From the NCBI RefSeq assembly GCF_002571385.2, contig NW_019217968.1, positions 160,292 to 224,291 on the forward strand: DNA of 64,000 nt, written 5' to 3'. Origin of the DNA: Stylophora pistillata (Eukaryota). Positions 37,812 through 49,442 of this stretch are shown here, piece after piece. Both the position numbers and the translations under genes were made by a program. Every line of letters starts with the position of its first letter. Within the stretch, counting starts at the first letter, position 1. Below the pieces are notes generated by a model. The model was not told where the DNA came from. It searched no databases and saw nothing but the letters and a program-made list of their open reading frames with translations.

Positions 37812-39812
37812 ATGGCCGGACCTTTGTTTATCGAGTGTGAAACCCCTCGTTTGAAATGTCCATGCGATGGGAAACTTTATGTAAGACGTGTGAACCTGAA
37901 GAAAGGTTCTCAAACTCTCGAAATCCAAGAAGTAAAGAACTCTCTCATGATTAACCAGCTGGAATCGGAAGGAAATGAACATGGTAGACAGAATGTGTGG
38001 GAAAAACTCTTAATGGTCAAGTTTTCGTCTTATACTGCATGTGAAATAATTGAAACATTAACCAAAACTATCCAATACGACGACTCGAGGTATTGCTTTC
38101 TAGGATTTTCTGACGTGCAATTGAAGGATAAAACATGCTTTTTGATCGCTGAAACGGACAAGCAAATCAGTGAGAGGCGAAAAAAGTTTGGCAACTTTGG
38201 CCTCCCGTGCCCCGATCAGATAACTTCCATCAAAGACTTGTTTGAGCCATTGAAAAGAAGCTTGCAGCTAAAGAAGGAGAAGACTGAATTTAAAAACAAC
38301 GCTGAAAACACCGAGATGAGTGGGTTTATTTCCCCTGAACTTGCGAAACAAATTAGTTCCAAGAGCCCTAGTGTTGTACAAGTCATTTGTCCAGGATTTT
38401 CTGGTAAACTCGTTCTGGACCATGAAATACGTTCCAAAGTACTGCTTACGGAGGAAATGAAGGAAGAAATAGAAGTCCTGTTCAATACTTCAGAGTCAAT
38501 GAATAACTATGGTGACCCAGTGACAATAGGTATCATTGACTACTCCAAACCGTATGAGATGGGTTATCTAAATCTTTACACTGTGATGTTTCTGAGAGAA
38601 CGAGGTGTGGCAAGTGATTATTTAAAGGAACTTCAAAGATTTTACTACGAAATGTTGGAAAAACTCGGAACAGGATCAGAGACGCATGCGAAGTACTTCC
38701 TTCGGCTGATTGGACGAAAAGACATCTTTGAGATGACAGAGGATGGACTGACACCTGTTGTAAAGGAAACCATCGGCCAGATGAAGAGCAACGAAATCAA
38801 TAAAATGAAAGAAGTAGACGATTCCCTTAAAATCCTTGTCAGCCAATCGCGAGAAGTCTTCGGTATCGTTGATCCTTATAAGAATCAAAAGAATAAGCTC
38901 AAGTCTAACCAATGTGTCTTTGCACCTGACTTGGATAGTCTGAACCTTCAAGATAAAGAATTGTTTGAGTTTGTAGAAAAAGTCCTCGTTATTCCTGAGC
39001 CATGCTATTCGGCATCAGATATTCAAGAGCTTGAAGTTGTACGCGATAGTCATGGACAATACACCCACCTTAAAGACTGCATTGTTTTGCCATCCCAAAC
39101 CAAAGCGCAAGCAGTTCCCGGCAAATATTTCGTTACCTGGGATAGCAATCTCTTGAAGCAATCCACTCCAAGTTCTTCGAGAAACTTTTCCATTCCGAAC
39201 CTCTTGTCATTACTTGGTTGTGGTAGACCTTCTGAAGAATTAACAGATACAGGAACTGTAACTGAGATAGACAAAGCAGATACACTAGAAGCAAGCACAG
39301 ATGGAGCTAGCGTAACTGAGACAGACAAAGCAGATACACCAGAAGCAAGCACAGATACAGCTAGTGTAATTGAGACAGACAAAGCAGAGACACCAGAAGC
39401 AAGAACAGCTATAACAACTGATACAAGTGTACCTTCAACCACACGGGATCGTCACAAGGAAGATATCTCATTTCAGAAAGAGCTGATAAGGTATTTTGCC
39501 GAGTTTAAAAGCAGCGATGACTTAATTTTAAGTGTAAAGGAGCATTTCAAAAACTTTTCGTTTCTTAAAGAATCGCCGTCGTGTCCAGAATGTGAGACAC
39601 TCGGAAAGTACTTGTCTCAGAGCACTGACTGGAATGCTCAGAGGGATGACATCGAAAAGTATCTTAGAAAGCTTGATAGAGAATACAAGAAGAAGAAGCA
39701 GAGCTCTAAGGCGCAAGAAAGCGAAGGATCTGCTGATAGATTTTGTACTTCAGATCTACAAGCACTTTGTGATGAAATGACTAATCATTTGAATGAGTTT
39801 TTAGCTCCATGA
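37812..39812 (+). CDS. RdRP paralogue F, highly diverged, catalytic loop deleted, with a 3x18-aa repeat insertion
   Basis: Recognisable motifs FLGFSDVQLKDKTCFL, SGFISPELA, QVICPGFSGKL, DYSKPYEMGYLN, SREVFGIVDP, PEPCYSASDI, DCIVLPSQTKAQAVPGKYFVTWD (no DxDGD). Start placed at MAGPL (37812), after acceptor ccttcaacag; the ORF track start of 37734 is probably intronic. Confidence 0.82.
   Translation: MAGPLFIECETPRLKCPCDGKLYVRRVNLKKGSQTLEIQEVKNSLMINQLESEGNEHGRQNVWEKLLMVKFSSYTACEIIETLTKTIQYDDSRYCFLGFSDVQLKDKTCFLIAETDKQISERRKKFGNFGLPCPDQITSIKDLFEPLKRSLQLKKEKTEFKNNAENTEMSGFISPELAKQISSKSPSVVQVICPGFSGKLVLDHEIRSKVLLTEEMKEEIEVLFNTSESMNNYGDPVTIGIIDYSKPYEMGYLNLYTVMFLRERGVASDYLKELQRFYYEMLEKLGTGSETHAKYFLRLIGRKDIFEMTEDGLTPVVKETIGQMKSNEINKMKEVDDSLKILVSQSREVFGIVDPYKNQKNKLKSNQCVFAPDLDSLNLQDKELFEFVEKVLVIPEPCYSASDIQELEVVRDSHGQYTHLKDCIVLPSQTKAQAVPGKYFVTWDSNLLKQSTPSSSRNFSIPNLLSLLGCGRPSEELTDTGTVTEIDKADTLEASTDGASVTETDKADTPEASTDTASVIETDKAETPEARTAITTDTSVPSTTRDRHKEDISFQKELIRYFAEFKSSDDLILSVKEHFKNFSFLKESPSCPECETLGKYLSQSTDWNAQRDDIEKYLRKLDREYKKKKQSSKAQESEGSADRFCTSDLQALCDEMTNHLNEFLAP
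39243..39404 (+). repeat. 3 x 54-bp coding tandem repeat in RdRP F
   Basis: TDTGTVTEIDKADTLEAS / TDGASVTETDKADTPEAS / TDTASVIETDKAETPEAR. Confidence 0.9.
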
Positions 39813-42252
39813 ATTACAAACCAGAAGAGCAGCGTCAAAACTATAATCAATTGTGAAAGCGCGCTGAGAAGTAAGACCCTGTTTGATATCGCGAAAACGT
39901 CGTGTTTCATGTCCGCCACATTTGTTATAGAGCTCTTCAGAATGGAACAATAACTTCTTAGGGCGCTGTTGGAGGCAGCTTTTTAATGGAGGTCTAAAAT
40001 TTACCGTAGAAACTTAAAATACCGGTGATATAACTGGTTTATTACTTCTACTCAGCACATAGTTAACTCGTAACTCAATACACTGCAGGTCGTCAAAGAA
40101 TATTCGTAACAGAGAAGAAGTTACCAATGAAGATTAATAGATAACCTGAGTAGTGGTCTCCGAGAAGATACAGACCAAACGTCCACTCAAAAAATATGAT
40201 GGTAGACATTTTTAATTTGACACTGAGTACGTTGGTGGTTTTTATATTGTGCAGTTGTATTACTAGAAGTCGAAACTGATAGAGGCTTTCAAAGTATCTC
40301 TTCTGATACTAGCTTTAAATTGCTTCCCAGCCATCATTTTCAATAACATATTTCCTGTCTTAATCATTTCTCGGCTAGCTCTTTTACAAACAGTTTACTT
40401 CGATGAAAATCAAATTGCCACGTCGAAAAATTTGTTAGAATGTTTGGATCTAGGATTCAGGTTTTTCCGTACTTATATTTTTAGACTTCTCCAATATAGG
40501 GTCATAACGAAGGCCTGAATGAGGTCATGAGTACCACATGTAATTGAAGTTTGTAAAATTTAGCGAGATTTTGTATAATGTGTAAATTGGTCTTTGTGTG
40601 AGTGTTTTGCGCAAAGGTACCGTGACTTTTTTTATTTTTTTTTTTAGCGAATCTCTGTTAGAGCAGCAAAATATTGGGAATTAAAAAAAAAAGGTGATTT
40701 TAACCTTTACAACGTGATATTCCACTTTTATCACCTGAGAAGTCAACACTCTGCGCGTTTGGGACCATTCAGTGAATTCTATAAAACAATATAGGAAGCA
40801 ATTGCTCCAAAAGACCAAGCAACAACTAAGAAATGAAATATCAAAAACGAACAAATAAACCCTACGCCTTCTCTATCCTGCCGAGTTTATTAATGAACTT
40901 AAAAGGTATATTTTGGCTGATGTAATTTTTGACATAAATCTATTTCAGTTTCTATCACTGCAACTACTGCACTTTGGTACACTTATGCACCCATTGATAT
41001 CTATTCAGCACATCTTCCAAATTGACTGAAAGTGCAGTACAGCTGCAAGAATGTAATTATCTAATGATATGAATTTATTTCAATTCGTACTAGACATACT
41101 CGAATCTTGTTAGTCAATCAAATTGTAGGTACTCAAATCCAAGCATCCGGAATCATCTTGTATGGTTTTGCTTATACCCGCATTTTTTAAATAAATTTTT
41201 AGCGTTTTAAGTCGCCATTGAAATTGCTTTTTCCCTTTGCTGCAGTCTTTGAGATCCATGCAGCTGTTCGCTATATCGTAATAGGTACAGCCATACACTT
41301 TTCCTTACGCGGGTAGAATTTTCGGCTTACTTATGTAAGTGTAAAATAACTGAACCCAATAAAGAAACATCAACATGTAAACATAAACTTCAAGTCTTCA
41401 CTAAGATGAAAACTTTGAGGGATTTTAAGCAGTTAGGAGCTAATATAGAAATGTCTGTTAGACTTACGCTTGACAGCAAATCACGCAGTAAGCTACAGCG
41501 GTAATCACCTGTCTCAGACAGGCCCAGCAGCTCAGGAGTAAATGGTTAAAGTGTTTGAATCATACAATTCCCATTGAAATTGTAATTAAATCAGATAAAT
41601 ATGCGACATCGCCTAAGCCATAAAGATGAAATTCTAAAATATCTGAATACCATAAAAAGTAGTTAAAAATGGTAACACTTTACTTTTAATGCAAAACACA
41701 GTTTCAGTAATTGCTTTTATACTGTTTTCATGGTTGAACTACGAAATCTGAGATGCAATAAATGTAGCGCTTTTCGCCTTCATCTTATTCCAGACATCAT
41801 GGCCGGGTAGAAATGATGATTTCTTCCACTGGAGCCGAGAGATTAACAGCCGATCGAGGGTACCAGGATTGTGAGATGAAGAAGGGAGTGGAGTTGAACG
41901 CGAAAATTTGGTGAGTCCTTGTATCTCTATCTCGTAGCCTTCTTCAAGCTCAATCAACTTTTCCTTAACTTGATCGTAATACTCGCTCCAGTCGAAGTCT
42001 TTGAGAAGCATTTTTTTGACCAATTCGCATTTGGCACACGTTAAACCAAATAACGACGCATACTTCAAAAGTAGCTCTAATGCTTTTTGGCGCAAATTTT
42101 CGTATTCCCTAAAATGAACAAAATGTTTCACGAGCACGTGGTGTGCTTTGTGCTGCTTTTTCCTTGCTTCCAAGTCACTAACAGGCTTCCTCTCCACGCA
42201 CGGGAGGCCCTTAGTGACCTCTGACAATTTGCGGGCTATTTTAGAGGAAGAA

Positions 42253-44314
42253 AGGCTGATAGTTTCGAAAGAAACTGTTTGGGGCTGCGTCGGTGGGAGT
42301 AACGAAATAATTTGGATATATCAACAAAGTTGAAATGGTAAATTGGCCACCGTAATGATTACAAAAGCTGACGTTTCGAGCGTTAGCCCTTCGTCGGAGC
42401 GAATAGAGGAATTGTGGGTTGTGTGTGCTTTTAAAGGCAGAAAATGGAGCTACGTTATTGGTGGGTGCATGGCAACGAGAAAAACATGAATAAATTAGTG
42501 GAATGAAAAGCGTTCATTGATCCCTGTGGGATTTAAACAAAAGGGCCTACTTTCAGCCCTGCNTGACCACTGACTGTTGGGCATAAATACATTTCACTGA
42601 GAAGAGAATCAATACACTATATGTTGCCCTCGCATCTGAGGAATAACAGAAGATCATTATTAATAAAATGTTAGCGATCACCACTTCATAAGTCAAGGGT
42701 AAAAACCTTTTTTGTTGTTAAAGGTTTTAGTCAACCAATATTGATGCCTAACCACAGGATGACTTTTCACGTGACATGCGTATTGCTCAAGAATGTCAAT
42801 GGCCGTCTAGACTAAGAAAAAATCCGTACAAACGCTCGACCTATTTCAAGAGATCATCAAATTCGAGTCTTGTATAAATCAGTTTTCCACTTTGTTTAAT
42901 TTTTAAAACCGTTGCTGTTCACCCGTCCTTAAGCCAGAAAAAACCGTTTCCGCGAAGATAAGATTACAAGCTGAAGGAAGCGGAAGTGATATTTCTAACA
43001 CAAAATACGTGCGCACGTATTCACTCCGTATACGCCGCTCACTCCTCAAGATTTGACTGCAGATTTTTTCTTCCCCAGCTAGTCTTCACTTACTGGTTTA
43101 TTCAGCAGAGAGAATTTCATGTTACATTACAAATAGTTTAGTTTTAAGTTTAAGTTTATTGTCTTTACGTGGGGCATGGTTACCCACATTGCCCGAGCCA
43201 GAGGCTCCTGTATGAAACGTAAGACAGCAACCCACTCATCCCACCCCAGGGGAGGACATCCATCACACAGTAATCTCGTGCGTGGGAAATTAACGTCTCC
43301 TACCCCTAACCCTACAGGAGACGAGACCTCCATTTATTCGTCCCTATCCAAGAAGACTAGAATGTCTAACCATTTCTTGATGTTATAGAAAGGCAGCATA
43401 TCCTTCTCAATTATTTTAAGACCTTGAGTGTTGGTCCGGCCGGGGCTCGAACCCTCGACCTCCCACACAACAGTCCAGTGCTCTATCAACTCCTCGTTGA
43501 TGTTTAGGATGTAAAAAAAGGTTGATACGCATTGCAAATAACGTTTTTTAAATGTAGACGAACAAACCACGAAAGAGCTTCATTACAACAATTGTCATTG
43601 ACCTCATTATACATACATACCTATGTTGACCACTCCCCATGGGGGCTTTTCAGGGCCAATTCCCAGCCAGCAACCACCCCAGGGGAGGACATCCATCACA
43701 CAGTAATCTCGTGCGTGAGAAATTAACGTCTCCTACCCCTAACCCTGCAGGAGACGGGACCTCCATTTATTCGTCCCTTTCCGAGAAGACTACAGTATCT
43801 AACCATTTCTTGATATAGAAAGGTAGCATATTCTTCTCACTTGTTTAAAGACCTTGAGTGTTGGTCCGGCTGGGGCTCGAACCCTCGACCCCCGCACAGC
43901 AGTCCAGCGTTCTATCCATTGAGCTAACTGGCAGGCGTTACCAGGGTCCTCTCTCTCCCCCCCCTCCCTACGGGACCTTGGGAAGGAGGTTGGAGCGCCT
44001 TCTGCTAAAAAGAGTGATTTTGACGGGCACAATGGAAGACACAGGTGTCCTGTTCTAATAAGACAGCTCCAAGTTTGTTGAAAAAGTCGACTTCACTCAC
44101 AAGCAAACGTGGCATATTCAAAAATTTATTCATGTTTTTTCTCGTTGCCATGCACCCACCAATAACGTAGCTCCATTTTCTGCCTTTAAAAGCACACACA
44201 ACCCACAATTCCTCTATTCGCTCCGACGAAGGGCTAACGCTCGAAACGTCAGCTTTTGTAATCATTACGGTGGCCAATTTACCATTTCAACTTTGTTGAT
44301 ATATCCAAATTATT
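42253..44314. mobile_element. Penelope-like insertion bounded by inverted pLTR-like repeats, inside pseudogene G
   Basis: About 42300-42496 is the reverse complement of about 44122-44314. The direct repeat TATTTTAGAGGAAGAA flanks both ends (42237-42252 and 44311-44326). Each arm carries a hammerhead-like core. The interior contains an N join (42564) and SINEs. Confidence 0.7.
43140..43930 (-). mobile_element. Two copies of a second tRNA-derived SINE family (about 43140-43492 and 43670-43930)
   Basis: Minus strand AGCTCAATGGATAGAACGCTGGAC...GGGTTCGAGCCCC (A/B boxes), followed by a shared body. Further copies at 47660-47963 (-) and 53428-53665 (+). Confidence 0.7.
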
Positions 44315-46438
44315 TTAGAGGAAGAACTGGTTATGTACCTCATGTAAGGACTGCTAGCAAACCGTAGTATGACCCCTGATCCCAGCACACGAAGAACTTG
44401 TCACCACCCAACCGTCCCCTGGCGCACTCAATGGCATGGGGTCGCATCCCTCTTGCAGGAAACGCGACACAATCGTACAGACCTTTGTAAGCTTCCTTTC
44501 CTTGAGTCAGTCTCAAAACACGAACATCTCCCACATGATAAGAAGGCCTTCGCATCACCAGGACAAACTCAGTAAATGAGAAGCTATTTTGCTCCACTTC
44601 GTGCTGCGTAGGTTGAAAGAAACATTCGCCATGCTTCAGCTGACCGCACAGTTCGCTGACCCCATAGACCACGCGAGAGTCTGGTATTAAAATTCTAAAA
44701 TCTTTTACTTCATTATTATTATTAGCGCTGGGATCTTCTGCTAAAGTGTCTGTTGTTGTGACATCACACAGAGGCCCACCCATCTCAGCTACTTTGCAGT
44801 TATTCTCTTCCAACTGATCATCTATATTGTGTAGTTCTTCGTCTTCGTTGACTAGTTTACAGTTTTTCATGTTTTCAATTTCTTTTATCTTCAGACTTTG
44901 CAACTCTCGCACAATAATGTGTGACGATCCTTCTTGCTGGAAGATGTGTAACAATTTACCCTTCCCAGTTATATGTAAGAAGAACCAGCGTATGTCTTGT
45001 CCTCCAACCGTTCTAGCTCCTCATGATAGTTTCCCTGAAGTGTCTCCAGATATTTATGCGAGACACCGCCTTCGGCCAACAACATCACCGTCAGTGTGTC
45101 CAAATAGCCCAGTGAGTACGGTTGCGAAACCGAAGATGCCAAGCGTGTTCCAATCACTCATATCATTTTGAGAGGAGGAAAAGTCCGACATGGAATTTCT
45201 AAAGAGCACTTTTACCTGAAGATTTGGCATATCGTTGAAACGAACTAGGGTCCCTCTAAACCCTTTAAATTTAACTTCAATAACGCTAGGTGCGTACAGA
45301 AGGTTGCATAGTTTCTGCACATCCTGTAAGAGTTCACACGACATAAGACCACACCCATCGATGAGCACATGATGTACCTAATGTGCTTGTTACGTCATCG
45401 AGGACGTCGTATTCTCCTGGTTTTAGTTGCAAACTACGTTCAAAAGGCGAGAAGAGGAGGGCTATTTTTTGAGATCTTCTCGCAACTGGGAAGATGTCAT
45501 TGAAGTTTTCAAATCTTGCCAGCAAGGGAAACAAAGAAAGGGAACCCCATGACGTTTTTGCTTCTCTAAACGATTTTGTTTTCAAACACCTGTAGAACGA
45601 TAGTAAAAATTGCGATACAATGAGTGCAACTGAAGTAGGCTTTCCGCCATAAGATGATATCGCACCGACATCGTTTCGTTATTAAAAATGAAGCAAACGA
45701 AGTAATGTGCCGTACATTTGCATTCCCTTGATAGCAATAGCAATGATCATTTGTGGTAGTGATGTTGAAAAAAGTAATTCCAATGCGCGATCCCACTGGT
45801 ACCTAAAATTGGCTTTTTCAAACAAAAACCTACAGAGAGAAGGTTCAAAACATTTTAGAAAAGCCAAATTGAGAACATTGAATTTAAATTTTTTTTATAC
45901 TGTGTCTCTTTCATTGGCAGCTGCAGTAGGTAGAAAAATAATAAAGATTCATCATAGGTAAAACGCAGGAGAACGCGAGTCTTCAGAGTCAATATAAAAA
46001 AAAAATGTCGTAATTGTTTTAAACTGAATGTTAGGATTTCAGTGCCTATTTTTTTACACTTCAAAATGAAAAATATGTTAACGTCTTTCTGACGTAAAGT
46101 CTTCAGTACCTGAAGAGTAGTTTATTACATGGAAATCATACTTACCCTCGAAGAGCTCCGCAAAGCACACATCTACAGCTTTTATTACTTCGAGATTGGT
46201 ATTAAAAAAAAAATCAGTAAACTTTTCGGCAACTGCACACGCTAGTGATTTCTTTGAGGTCGTGCTTGCAGACCTCACCTTATAGCAGACTACATTTGGA
46301 AGTAGTTGTGGAGATATAGAGTGTGTGCGGTCACATGACTATGACGTCAGAGACATTTTATGGCCGCCATGTTGGAGAAGTGAAAATATCTAGCACTTGT
46401 AGCAAGCTTTTTTATTCGAAAGCGTAATTTCTCGAGCG

Positions 46439-46551
46439 ATGCCTTCGTTTTGCCTCGTCGTTGGCTGTTCTAACCACAAAAAGAAGAATCCAGGGCTTTG
46501 CTTTTGTCGGGTGCCAAAAATTGTCACCAATCAAGGGGAAGAAACCGAGAT
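46439..46551 (+). pseudogene. N-terminal THAP zinc-finger fragment of the transposase, cut at the N at 46552
   Basis: My translation from ATG 46439: MPSFCLVVGCSNHKKKNPGLCFCRVPKIVTNQGEETE (C-x4-C ... F.RVP THAP start). Confidence 0.7.
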
Positions 46552-47659
46552 NAAGATTTAGCAAACACGTTTGTTGTTGGTTTGTTGTTATACTCACTGG
46601 TATTGCAGCTATCAGTGGAGGAAGACTAGGGCTTTCCTTATATTCGGACAGTTTCATCGCTGCACCAAAAGTTGACATTCCCAACATAAACCCAAGCAAT
46701 CCCGATGACAGAGGAAAGCGCCAGGCATTTTCACTACTCACACAGGACAGCTTGCTTCCTGAACACATTTTTCTATAGCTCTTAATAAAGCAGAGAGATG
46801 TTTTCAGACTAAATGACGAAATCTCTTTCTCCTATTTTCCAGATATTACATGCTATCGATTTCAGGAGCTTGAAAAGGCCGGGAGAGAGAATTTTCGTCG
46901 AGCACATATCACGACTATCAAAATTTCACATGTATAGCAACCGTCACAGTCAAAAGTCCCATATCATGCCAAATATCGTGTTGATCTCGTATCGAAGTCA
47001 ACATTTGGCGCTAATCAGCTAAATTGTCAAAGCACCGCTCATCGCTCTAGAAAAAAAGATAATCAAATTCCGGTTATGGCCAGATTTGACCACTGACTGT
47101 TGGGCATAAATACATTTCACTGAGAAGAGAATCAATACACTATATGTTGCCCTCGCATCTGAGGAATAACAGAAGATCATTATTAATAAAATGTTAGCGA
47201 TCACCACTTCATAAGTCAAGGGTAAAAACCTTTTTTGTTGTTAAAGGTTTTAGTCAACCAATATTGATGCCTAACCACAGGATGACTTTTCACGTGACAT
47301 GCGTATTGCTCAAGAATGTCAATGGCCGTCTAGACTAAGAAAAAATCCGTACAAACGCTCGACCTATTTCAAGAGATCATCAAATTCGAGTCTTGTATAA
47401 ATCAGTTTTCCACTTTGTTTAATTTTTAAAACCGTTGCTGTTCACCCGTCCTTAAGCCAGAAAAAACCGTTTCCGCGAAGATAAGATTACAAGCTGAAGG
47501 AAGCGGAAGTGATATTTCTAACACAAAATACGTGCGCACGTATTCACTCCGTATACGCCGCTCACTCCTCAAGATTTGACTGCAGATTTTTTCTTCCCCA
47601 GCTAGTCTTCACTTACTGGTTTATTCAGCAGAGAGAATTTCATGTTACATTACAAATAG

Positions 47660-47963
47660 TTTAGTTTTAAGTTTAAGTTTATTGTCTTTACGTGGGGCAT
47701 GGTTACCCACATTGCCCGAGCCAGAGGCTCCTGTATGAAACGTAAGACAGCAACCCACTCATCCCACCCCAGGGGAGGACATCCATCACACAGTAATCTC
47801 GTGCGTGGGATATTAACGTCTCCCACCCCTAACCCTGCAGGAGACGGGACCTCCATTTATTCGTCCCATCCGAGAAGACTACAGTATCTAACTATTTCTT
47901 GATATAGAAAGGTAGCATATTCTTCTAACTTGTTTTAAGACCTTGAGTGTTGGTCCGGTCAGG
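47660..47963 (-). mobile_element. 5'-truncated SINE copy inside the DNA transposon
   Basis: Near-identical to 43140-43440; it stops just before the B-box. Confidence 0.65.
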
Positions 47964-47992
47964 GCGAAAGAGAACGTGAAGAGCAGGAAGCT

Positions 47993-49135
47993 ATGCAAAG
48001 GAAAGCTGTAAAGGTGAATGAGCCTGGAGAGCGAATAAGAGATATTTATATGGTAAATGAAGAAGAAACTTTTGGAGAAACCGGAGAGGAAGACAAAGAA
48101 GAGAAGGCAAGCGTTGAAAACATTGCCTCAACACAGATCGATCCAGAGGGTTACAGCCGATCGTGCAGCACTCAGACGGAGTGTGACTACATGTTTAGAA
48201 TAAAAAAACGTGGCTGCCTCAGAAATCCACTGCTTTTGAAGATTACTTTGAAGGAGATAGTGAGAAAGTGCGTTTTTATACCGGTTTGCCGTCCTTAGAG
48301 ATATTAAAGAAAAGCTTCTCATTCCTGTCACCACGTGTAACTAGACGTCCTCTTCTGTTGAGTAAATTTCAGGAGTTTGTCTTGGTTCTCATAAAATTGC
48401 GTCTCGGGGTACCAAATCAAGACCTTGCATATCGCTTTAATGTATCTAGGTCAGTAGTCTCAAGAATTATTGTCAGCGGGTTGACTGTAATGGATGTGAC
48501 ATTATCATCATTAATTTCCTGGCCAGATAGAGAACAACTGCAGAGGACAATGCCAAGGTGTTTTATCGATTCATTTGGACTTAAAACATGTATTATTATT
48601 GACTGTTTCGAAGTTTTCATTGACAGACCATCGAACTTATTGGCAAGGGCCCAAACATTTTCGAATTACAAGCATCATAACACTGTTAAAGTCTTGATTG
48701 GCATAACCCCTCAGGGTACCATTTCATTCGTGAGTGAGGCATGGGGTGGCCGTACATCCGATAAATTTCTCACACAGAAATGTGGATTTTTAAAGAACTT
48801 AGTTCCTGGAGATCTTGTCCTTGCCGACCGAGGGTTTACGGTCCACGAGGAAGTGTGGTTTCGCCATGCTGAAAACCAACATCCCTGCATTTACAAAAGG
48901 CAAAAATCAGCTAGATCCTGTAGACGTTGAGAAAACTCGAAAAATTGCCAATGTCCACATTCACGTGGAACGTGTCATTGGCGTCCTTAGACAGAAGTAT
49001 ACAATTCTTCAAAGTACACTTCCGACTGAATTTCTTACATGCAATCAGGGGAACCAAATTCCTTTGATTGATAGGATGGTGAGGGTGTGCTCTGCCCTGT
49101 TTAACCTTTGCCCGCTTATCGTACCTTTTGATTGA
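47993..49135 (+). pseudogene. DDE_Tnp_4 / HTH_Tnp_4 transposase with two frameshifts
   Basis: Three overlapping ORFs: [15 protein letters not shown]...DLAYRFNVS (HTH), IIDCFE (D1), [33 protein letters not shown] (D2), [15 protein letters not shown] (E). Confidence 0.88.
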
Positions 49136-49442
49136 AAAGAGCAGTACTCTTGTAGATTTTTTCTCCCCATTGGCACTAGTTAGTAAGTTTTAATGTGTGG
49201 TTCTAGAAAATTTCCATACCTTCCCCAAGGACGGTTTAATATAGCTGGAACCCTTCCACACCCTCTGGTATTTCCAGTTTCGCTTCACACTTTCCCTAAA
49301 AATTTTGGCTTCTGAGACCCCCCTTGCCCCCGTCTGAATTTTCAATGATCATCGTAGGATGGGTATGGATATTTTCTGAAACCACAATAGATACTGTCAT
49401 TGTTCTGGTTCCTGATTTGCACAATTGCAAATACCACAGGGT

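Larger units (their letters stand above)
41739..45590 (-). pseudogene. RdRP paralogue G, frameshifted pseudogene split by a 2-kb insertion
   Basis: Successive frames: ARRSQKIALLFSPF (45334-45585), IDGCGLMS...FKGFRGTL (45054-45368), QPYSLGYLD (44969-45157), SRVVYGV...RRPSYHVGDVR...ARGRLGGDKFFVCWD (44340-44954), and the C-terminus LKYASLFGLTCAKC...GHDVWNKM (41739-42227). The 5' limit is uncertain. Confidence 0.85.

Noticed and set aside
45600-46315. Long N-terminal extension of G continuing across the transposon insertion site to about 52700
   Set aside because: A stop-interrupted frame does continue across the AT junction, but I could not recognise any RdRP motif in it; it needs a profile search.
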